From contig NC_000854.2 of NCBI RefSeq assembly GCF_000011125.1, positions 1,470,001 through 1,502,000 on the forward strand: DNA of 32,000 nt, in the 5' to 3' direction. Within the stretch, counting starts at the first letter, position 1. Every line of letters begins with the position of its first letter. Positions 25,999-32,000 of the stretch are shown piece by piece. Origin of the DNA: Aeropyrum pernix K1. Its GTDB lineage: Archaea; Thermoproteota; Thermoprotei_A; Sulfolobales; Acidilobaceae. A program made the position numbers and the translations under genes. The notes under the pieces were generated by a model. It did no database searches, had not been told where the DNA came from, and saw only the letters and a program-made list of their open reading frames with translations.

Positions 25999-26792
25999 TA
26001 CAGTACGTAGGAGGGGCTGGTCATCGGTGCTACCTGGGGCTCCCTGCATGCCCCCAGGCCTAGAGGACTCCAGAACCCTTTCTGCGAATACTTGGTCTTA
26101 CACAGCTCTCTAGCCCTTATCACAGCCTCCTGTAGAATATCGCGCCCAACATTTTCAGGCTCTCCGAGAGCATGTTTCACACTCTCCTCCAGCAGCCGCG
26201 CAGCCTGCCACACCTCCATCCTCTCCCCCGTTATCCTCTCTAGGCTGTTTGGGTTGTACTTTACCGGGGTCACTTCGCCTCTCTCGACCCTGTGGAGCTG
26301 TGGTATGACGAGCCTCCTTATCCTCGAGGGGTCCGTGGTTAACAGGAGGGTCGCGTGGGCTAGGGTGGCTCTGGCCCTTATTGCGGCGGCGCTGCCCGAC
26401 ACCTTCCAGGGGCCTACTGCAACGTCGTTCCCGTTCTCAACCCTCCCTTCGATGCCTAGTCTGTGTAGTGTTTTGAGTATTATGCTTGTGACTAGCGCGT
26501 AGGCCTCGTCTACCCCTAGCCTGCGGGGTATGTAGACTGACACGTTCATGTTGCCAAGGTCGTGGAACACAGCGCCTCCACCGCTTATACGCCTCACCAC
26601 AGGCACGCCCTCAGCCCTCGCCTGCTCAATGTTGACCTCCCTCCCTACATCGCTAGTGTAGCCCACGATAATGCTGTCGGGGTTTACCCACAGCCTCGCG
26701 ATGGCTATTCCGTGCTCGGCGGACTCTTCGAGAAGAGCCTCCTCCAGCGCTATGTTGAAGTGGGGAGACCCCCCGGTGGTTTTTAGGATCAC
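25998..26792 (-). CDS. lplA: Lipoate-protein ligase A-like (paralog 1)
   Basis: FNIALEEALLEE, ARLWVNPDSIIVGYTSD, VVRRISGGGAVFHDLGNMNVSV, GNDVAVGPWKVSGSAAA, HATLLLTTD. Confidence 0.88.
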   Translation of the reverse strand: MILKTTGGSPHFNIALEEALLEESAEHGIAIARLWVNPDSIIVGYTSDVGREVNIEQARAEGVPVVRRISGGGAVFHDLGNMNVSVYIPRRLGVDEAYALVTSIILKTLHRLGIEGRVENGNDVAVGPWKVSGSAAAIRARATLAHATLLLTTDPSRIRRLVIPQLHRVERGEVTPVKYNPNSLERITGERMEVWQAARLLEESVKHALGEPENVGRDILQEAVIRARELCKTKYSQKGFWSPLGLGACREPQVAPMTSPSYVL

Positions 26793-26803
26793 TGGTCCCC
26801 CGG

Positions 26804-27598
26804 TTAAGGCTCATCACCCTCGAGGTTCCACCTGGGGCTCGAGTATTTCTTCCTGTACAGCCTGAGGGCTTCCTCCACCTCTCTCCCCTCCAGCCCCGAG
26901 GGCTCAGGCTCGAGGCCTAGAGCCTTGGAGAAGCCTTTGACCAGGGCGTCAGCTACCTCGGAGAAGCTGTAGCTCCTCCCCGCCAAGTCTTCTATACCAG
27001 CTATCCTCGAGGCGAGATCGCTGGGCCCCGCCCCCTTTACAGGTATTATTGAGAGCCACTCCTCGGGGTCGAACCTGAGGAGGAGGGTTCCGTGCTGGAG
27101 GAGCCTACCGCCTATCCTCCTCTGGGCGCTACCCGACACCTTCCTGCCTGCAACCACAACGTCGCTGCTCCCAGGCCTAACGTAGCATAGGCCGCCTATA
27201 ACACCTGGTGGTGGTGTATAGCCTCCTACTCTAGTGGCTATACCTAGCTCTTCGAGCGCGAGTGCCACACCCCCTGCTATCGTGGCGGCGCTCTCGGCGA
27301 CGTCTAGGCTGTAGTAGGGGTGGCGGCTGTCAAGGACTAGCGAGTATGTGATCTCCCTCTCCCAAGGGTGGAGCAGAGCCGCTCCCCCCGTTGGCCTCCT
27401 CACGAGAACGTAGCCCCTCTTCTCTGCCTCGGCGAGGTTGACGTCTTCTACGCTCTGCCTCCTCCCCAGCGTCAGGCCGCCTGGGAGCCACATGTATATC
27501 CTTAGGGTTGGAGCTGCTCCCACCCTCAGTATGGCCTCGTCAATCGCCATGTTCATCCGGGGGTCTCTAGGCCCGTCTACCACCACCCTCAGCTTCAA
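26804..27598 (-). CDS. Lipoate ligase/octanoyltransferase (LipM/LplA-like, paralog 2)
   Basis: [80 protein letters not shown]. Confidence 0.88.
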
Positions 27599-28454
27599 CT
27601 CTCCTCACCGCGGCCAAGTACGCCTCCTTCGCCTTGAACGAGGTCCTGGCCAGGGGGTGGGCCACGACGTAGGCGAACCCCATTCGAAGGCCCTTCTCAG
27701 CCAGCTCGCGGAACTCGGAGAGGCTATACCTCTTCGCAACCGGCAGCTGCTTCCTACTCGGCCTGTAGTACTGGCTGAGCACCAGAATGTCTACCCCTAC
27801 GCTCCTCAAATCCCTCATAGCCTCGATAACCTCGCTCTTATCCTCGCCCAGGCCCAGTAGTATGCTGGACTTGGTAACTACCCCCTCCTCCTTAGCGATC
27901 TCGAGAACCCTGAGGCTCTGCCTGTACCCTGCCCTCCTATCCCTCACCAGGGGCGTCAGCCTCTCCACCGTCTCTATATTGTGGGCGAGGACCTCGAGCC
28001 CGCTGGCCGCGACAAGCCTCACATGCTCCTCCACACCCTGGAAGTCGGGTATGAGGGCCTCAACTATGGTGTCAGGCCTCAGCCTCTTTATCGCCCTGAC
28101 GGTCGCGGCGAAGTGGCTGGCCCCGCCGTCAGGCAGGTCATCCCTGTCAACGCTGGTGAGGGTCACGTAGTCCAGGCCCAGGGCGTCCACGGCTAGAGCA
28201 ACCTTATACGGCTCAAGGGGGTCCAGGGGCTCGGGAACACCCTTCTTCACATAGCAGAACCTACAGCCCCGCGTGCAGGTGTCGCCCATTATCATGAAGG
28301 TGGCCGTACCCTCCCCCCAGCAGGTAAATATGTTGGGGCACAACGCTCCCTCGCATACCGTGGCTACACCCAGGCCTGCCACAAGCCTGGCTACCTTAAC
28401 GTACGAGTCGTTTATCCTGACCCTAAGCCTCGGCTTCGCCGCCTCCATCGCCAT
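27567..28454 (-). CDS. lipA: Lipoyl synthase
   Basis: [39 protein letters not shown]: both Fe-S Cys sets; [19 protein letters not shown]; HNIETVERL; [10 protein letters not shown]. Confidence 0.95.
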
Positions 28455-28755
28455 GGCCCTCCACTACAGCTACAACACTCTCCGGAGTCACCTCCTCACC
28501 CTCACCCACTATGCTCCTCACCCTACCCGAGACCGGGCTCTCAACCTCGAGGATAGCCTTCTCAATCTCAATCTCGGCGAGGACCTCGCCCTTCTCCACG
28601 AGATCACCCGGCTTCTTATACACCCTAACAACCTTGCCCCGCCAGCCACCCCTGCGCGGCCACAGGTCTAGGGGTATCCTCACGAGACTCTCGGAAGCCA
28701 ACCCTCTAAACACCCTCCAGCGGAAACCACCGGGAGGCCTGTAGGCCCCCGCCAT
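28423..28755 (-). CDS. Stand-alone biotinyl/lipoyl-attachment domain protein (E2-type lipoyl domain)
   Basis: [59 protein letters not shown], with the modifiable Lys in IEKA. Start set at ATG 28755 ([11 protein letters not shown]), not 29073. Confidence 0.85.
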
Positions 28756-28782
28756 TTGAATCGTTGTTAGGGGCTGGCCACT

Positions 28783-28790
28783 ATAATTTT
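28783..28790. promoter_or_regulatory. Shared TATA-like core between divergent lipoyl-protein and pyrF genes
   Basis: tataattt on plus, aaattata on minus, placed so a TSS about 25 nt away would lie close to both starts (28755 minus, 28826 plus). Confidence 0.45.
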
Positions 28791-28825
28791 CCCCACTAAA
28801 CCTATAGGATCTCGGGAGAACCCGC

Positions 28826-29560
28826 GTGGATCCGCCGGCTGTTGGTGAGGCTGTAAAACGGGTTATAGTAGCTCTAGACCCGGCCAGGAGGGGCGATGTT
28901 GACAGGCTGCTCGACATGGCCAGACTCGTCTGCGGGGTGGGCGCCGGGATTAAGGTGGGTCTGCCGATGCTTGCCCTAGGCGGTTCTGAAGCCCTCGCCG
29001 AGGCTGCGAGACTCTGCAAGGGAGGGGGGCTGAGGGTTTTGGACCTTAAGCTCGCGGACATAGGGTATATCATGAGGCTGGCTGCGGAGAGCCTTTCACG
29101 CGGGTTCGACGCTGCGATAGCCCACGCTTTTGTCGGCTACGAGGGAGGCCTGGTAGAGCTCAAGAAGACTCTAGACGGCTTGGGCGCCAGGCTCGTCCTA
29201 GTGGTCTCCATGAGCCACCCCGGCTCCAGGGAGGTGCTGGACCCCTGTCTAGATAAGCTACTCGCCGTTGCCAGAAGAGTTGAGCCCTGGGGTGTCGTGG
29301 CGCCGGCTACGAGGCCCGAGGTTGTCGCCAGGGTTAGGGAAACGCTTCCCACGACTGTTATATTGAGCCCTGGTGTGGGGGCTCAGGGAGGGAAGCCGGG
29401 AGATGCCATATGCCTGGGCGGAGCAGACTACGAGATAGTGGGTAGGATGGTAGCTGGCTCCCCCGACCCTGTCTCGGCCCTGAGGGGCGTGGCGGAGTAC
29501 ATCGCTGCGAGATGCCCCGAGAAGCTCCTACACTCCTCCACAGGAAACGGTCCCAGTTAA
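28826..29560 (+). CDS. pyrF: Orotidine 5'-phosphate decarboxylase
   Basis: VIVALD, GIKVGLPMLAL, VLDLKLADIGYI, SPGVGAQGG. Confidence 0.9.
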   Translation: MDPPAVGEAVKRVIVALDPARRGDVDRLLDMARLVCGVGAGIKVGLPMLALGGSEALAEAARLCKGGGLRVLDLKLADIGYIMRLAAESLSRGFDAAIAHAFVGYEGGLVELKKTLDGLGARLVLVVSMSHPGSREVLDPCLDKLLAVARRVEPWGVVAPATRPEVVARVRETLPTTVILSPGVGAQGGKPGDAICLGGADYEIVGRMVAGSPDPVSALRGVAEYIAARCPEKLLHSSTGNGPS

Positions 29561-29601
29561 AACCCTAGGACCCGAAACTACAACCCTAGGGGGCGCTATC
29601 T

Positions 29602-30162
29602 TTGTCGCATGAGGAACTAGCGGAGGTGCTGGCTAAGGTCCTTAAGAAAAGAGGAGCAGTCCTGAGGGGGGACTTCGTCCTTTCAAGCGGTAGGAGGAGT
29701 AGCGTGTATATAGACATGAGGCGCCTTCTCGGGGATGAGTCGTCGTATAGTGTAGCCCTCGACCTCCTCCTCGAAGTGGGAGGGCAGGATCTGGCGAGGT
29801 CCTCGGCGGTAATAGGTGTAGCCACGGGAGGCCTGCCATGGGCCGCCATGCTCGCCCTCCGGCTCTCAAAACCCCTCGGCTACGTTAGGCCAGAGAGGAA
29901 GGGGCATGGGACACTATCCCAGGTTGAGGGCGACCCGCCTAAGGGCAGGGTAGTTGTAGTAGACGACGTGGCTACCACTGGCACGAGCATAGCCAAGAGT
30001 ATAGAGGTCCTCAGGAGCAACGGCTACACTGTGGGCACAGCGCTTGTCCTTGTGGATAGGGGCGAGGGAGCGGGCGAGCTCCTCGCCCGGATGGGTGTCA
30101 GGCTGGTAAGCGTAGCAACCCTCAAAACCATACTCGAGAAACTAGGCTGGGGCGGGGAGTGA
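29602..30162 (+). CDS. pyrE: Orotate phosphoribosyltransferase
   Basis: FVLSSGRRSSVYIDMR, VIGVATGGLPWAAMLA, PRPP-binding loop VVVVDDVATTGTSI. Confidence 0.93.
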   Translation: MSHEELAEVLAKVLKKRGAVLRGDFVLSSGRRSSVYIDMRRLLGDESSYSVALDLLLEVGGQDLARSSAVIGVATGGLPWAAMLALRLSKPLGYVRPERKGHGTLSQVEGDPPKGRVVVVDDVATTGTSIAKSIEVLRSNGYTVGTALVLVDRGEGAGELLARMGVRLVSVATLKTILEKLGWGGE

Positions 30163-30200
30163 AACCCTAATCAACGGCGGCCGCCTATAGAGCATTAACG

Positions 30201-30288
30201 GGGCCCTGTGAACGCCCGTCGGGAGTCGCCCGCATCGTCGGAGCCGATGGGGCAGTGACGACTCCCCTGGCTTTGAGGGCCCTCCACA
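30201..30288 (+). ncRNA. Candidate H/ACA-like guide sRNA (single hairpin)
   Basis: GGGCCCT (30201-30207)/AGGGCCC (30276-30282), GCC/GGC, GGGAGTCG (30221-30228)/CGACTCCC (30259-30266), apical CATCG/CGATG; TCC then ACA at 30286-30288; 14 nt from the upper stem base to ACA. Confidence 0.35.
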
Positions 30289-30387
30289 GCGTCTCACGCC
30301 TCGCCAGCTCCCGTTATGGGAGGTATATCCAAATCCTTTAGCATGCTCGAGGTAATACTGTTTAATCGGAGGCCGGGGGTGGCTGGT

Positions 30388-31011
30388 ATGGCGGCTCTTA
30401 GGAAGACGGTGGAGGTGCCCGAGATACCTGTGGTGGAGAGGGTTGAACTGCCGGCTGATGAGACGGCTGTTGTTGTCGTGGATATGCAGAACGACTTCGT
30501 GAAGCCGCAGGGTAAGCTTTTCGTCCCCACTGCCCCGGCCACTATAGAGCCGATAAGAAGGCTGCTAGAGAAGGCTAGGTCCGCTGGAGTGAGGGTCTTC
30601 TACACCCAGGACACCCACTATGAGGGGGACCCGGAGTTCGAGATCTGGGGGGAGCATGTTAGATACGGCACTTGGGGCTGGAGGATAGTCGAGGAGCTGA
30701 AGCCTGTGGAGGGTAGGGACATAGTGGTGATGAAGACTAGGTACGACGGCTTCTACGGCACCATGCTGGACGACCTCCTCAGGGTGTATGGTGTCAAGAA
30801 CCTCGTGATAGTGGGTACGGTGGCCAACATATGCGTGCTCCACACCGCGGGCAGCGCTGCCCTCAGGTGGTACAAGGTAGTGGTGCCCCTAGACGGGATA
30901 AGCGCGCTCAACGACTTCGACTACCACGCCGCCCTGAGGCAGATAAGCTTCCTATACCGCGGCACCCTCGTGAAGAGCGTCGACGGCATAGAGTTTATCC
31001 AGGCCCGCTGA
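30388..31011 (+). CDS. Isochorismatase-family cysteine hydrolase (nicotinamidase-like)
   Basis: AVVVVDMQNDFVKPQGKLFVP, YTQDTHYEGDPEF, MKTRYDGFYGTMLDDLLR, LVIVGTVANICVLHTAGSAALRWYKVVVPLDG. Start reassigned to ATG 30388. Confidence 0.88.
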   Translation: MAALRKTVEVPEIPVVERVELPADETAVVVVDMQNDFVKPQGKLFVPTAPATIEPIRRLLEKARSAGVRVFYTQDTHYEGDPEFEIWGEHVRYGTWGWRIVEELKPVEGRDIVVMKTRYDGFYGTMLDDLLRVYGVKNLVIVGTVANICVLHTAGSAALRWYKVVVPLDGISALNDFDYHAALRQISFLYRGTLVKSVDGIEFIQAR

Positions 31012-31948
31012 CCGGCTCTAGAGCCTCTGACATGTCGAGGACCTCGACGCCCCTACCCTCAGCAGCGTCTCCAAGGTTTATCATGCATATCGGGCACGCA
31101 ACCACTATTTTTCTCGAAACGCCCTCAAGCTCCTGCAGCCTAGCCCTGGCTATCCTCTTCGCCAGGCTCGGCATTAAACCCTCCACCGGCCCCCCGCAGC
31201 AATATGTCATCCTGCCGGACCTCGGCGGCTCCTTAAGCCTGAGCCCAGCCCTCTCCGCTATCCTCCTAGGCTCGCCTATAACGCCCTCGAACCTAGCGTA
31301 GTAGCACGGGTCGTGTATCACAGCCTCACCGAGCCTCGACCCCAGCCTGACCTCGCCGGATCTGTCGAGGACCTCGAGGTAGCTCTCTACCTCGAGGCTG
31401 TAGCCGTCCACATACTTGGGCGCTACGCTCCTCATTATATGCGTGGTGTGCGGGTCGATCGTCACAATCCTCTCCACACCAGCCTCCCGCAGCCTCCTGT
31501 AAACCCTGTTTATATGCCTTTCGAAGGACGATTCGAGGCCATTCTCGTAGAGTATAGCCCCGCTGTAGGCGTCGGCCTCGTACGGGTAGGCCACGCCCAA
31601 GGGCTTCAGCAACCCGTAGATACGGGCCACTATAGACTCCGCCCTTCTAATCTTGCTGGCTGGAGGCCTGACTGCGAGCCTCGCCAGACCTGCAGGGAGG
31701 ATCTTAGACGCTCTCAGCCCCAGCTCAAGCAGGCCCAGGGACTCGAGCCTCTCCATCAGCCTGACCGTAGCCCTAATGTATGGGGCAAGCTGGTACAAGC
31801 CCCCCGTGAAGAGGTATATTCTCCCCCTCCTAGGCGGCTCCTCCCTGTATGCCCACCTGTAGACGACGTCGCCGGGCGCCGGCACGGGAAGGCCGGTCTT
31901 CTCCACGGTAGTCTTCAATAGTGTGAGGTAGAGCTTCAGCCTAGCCAA
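30995..31948 (-). CDS. Cysteine-rich CCG-domain Fe-S oxidoreductase (HdrB/GlpC-like)
   Basis: AVIHDPCYYARFEGVIGEPRRIAE ... MTYCCGGPVEG ... IVVACPICMINLG. The N-terminal half has degenerate CCG motifs. Confidence 0.8.
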   Translation of the reverse strand: MARLKLYLTLLKTTVEKTGLPVPAPGDVVYRWAYREEPPRRGRIYLFTGGLYQLAPYIRATVRLMERLESLGLLELGLRASKILPAGLARLAVRPPASKIRRAESIVARIYGLLKPLGVAYPYEADAYSGAILYENGLESSFERHINRVYRRLREAGVERIVTIDPHTTHIMRSVAPKYVDGYSLEVESYLEVLDRSGEVRLGSRLGEAVIHDPCYYARFEGVIGEPRRIAERAGLRLKEPPRSGRMTYCCGGPVEGLMPSLAKRIARARLQELEGVSRKIVVACPICMINLGDAAEGRGVEVLDMSEALEPVSGPG

Positions 31949-32000
31949 CCCGGCATAAGCACCCCGAGGCCCCTGCTACAGTATAGCTCATTAGACGGGG

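Noticed and set aside
28423-29073. Extended 216 aa version of the lipoyl-domain protein
   Set aside because: The extension is antisense to pyrF and low-complexity; ATG 28755 with an upstream TATA gives a normal small lipoyl-domain protein.
25998-31948. Interpretation as an sHdr-type sulfur-oxidation system (lipoate-binding protein plus lipoate ligases plus HdrB-like protein)
   Set aside because: The carrier is E2-type, not GcvH/LbpA-like; the synthase is canonical LipA; hdrA/hdrC, dsrE and tusA are absent; and the CCG protein is separated by pyrFE.
1-32000. CRISPR arrays, transposases, integrases, prophage genes
   Set aside because: No regularly spaced 20-40 nt direct repeats, no terminal inverted repeats around ORFs, and no recognisable recombinase motifs; the window is overwhelmingly housekeeping.

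Overview
This 32 kb window looks like core chromosome of a hyperthermophilic crenarchaeon, probably Aeropyrum-like. That is an inference from eukaryote-type r-proteins S26e and L35Ae, archaeal aminoacyl-tRNA synthetases, frequent TTG/GTG starts, TATA-type promoters and dense gene packing. Supported content, left to right: heme genes (hemB>hemL>hemC>hemA, with hemA truncated at the window edge and missing from the ORF track); pheS-pheT; mptA; a maltokinase/APH-like kinase; a DUF2797-type protein; a four-gene cassette of small membrane or exported proteins; trpB2; gltX; a DUF447-like/MptE-like pair; rpl35ae; tRNA-Gln(CUG); a PriX-like primase subunit; the A-type ATPase K subunit; proS; rps26e; an NTase-like ORF overlapping a RecB-family nuclease; NMD3; FAU-1; a UPF0147 protein; a DUF62 SAM hydrolase; a lipoate cluster (stand-alone lipoyl-domain protein, lipA and two lplA-like paralogs); pyrF-pyrE; an isochorismatase-family hydrolase; and a CCG-domain Fe-S protein. 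I saw no CRISPR array, transposase or integrase. The most interesting leads are the lipoate cluster, the overlapping NTase-like/PD-(D/E)XK pair, the kinase whose open frame extends upstream without a normal start codon, the small membrane-protein cassette, and several structured intergenic segments. One of these (30201-30288) resembles a single-hairpin H/ACA guide RNA. No single element can be proven to be a new system from sequence alone.
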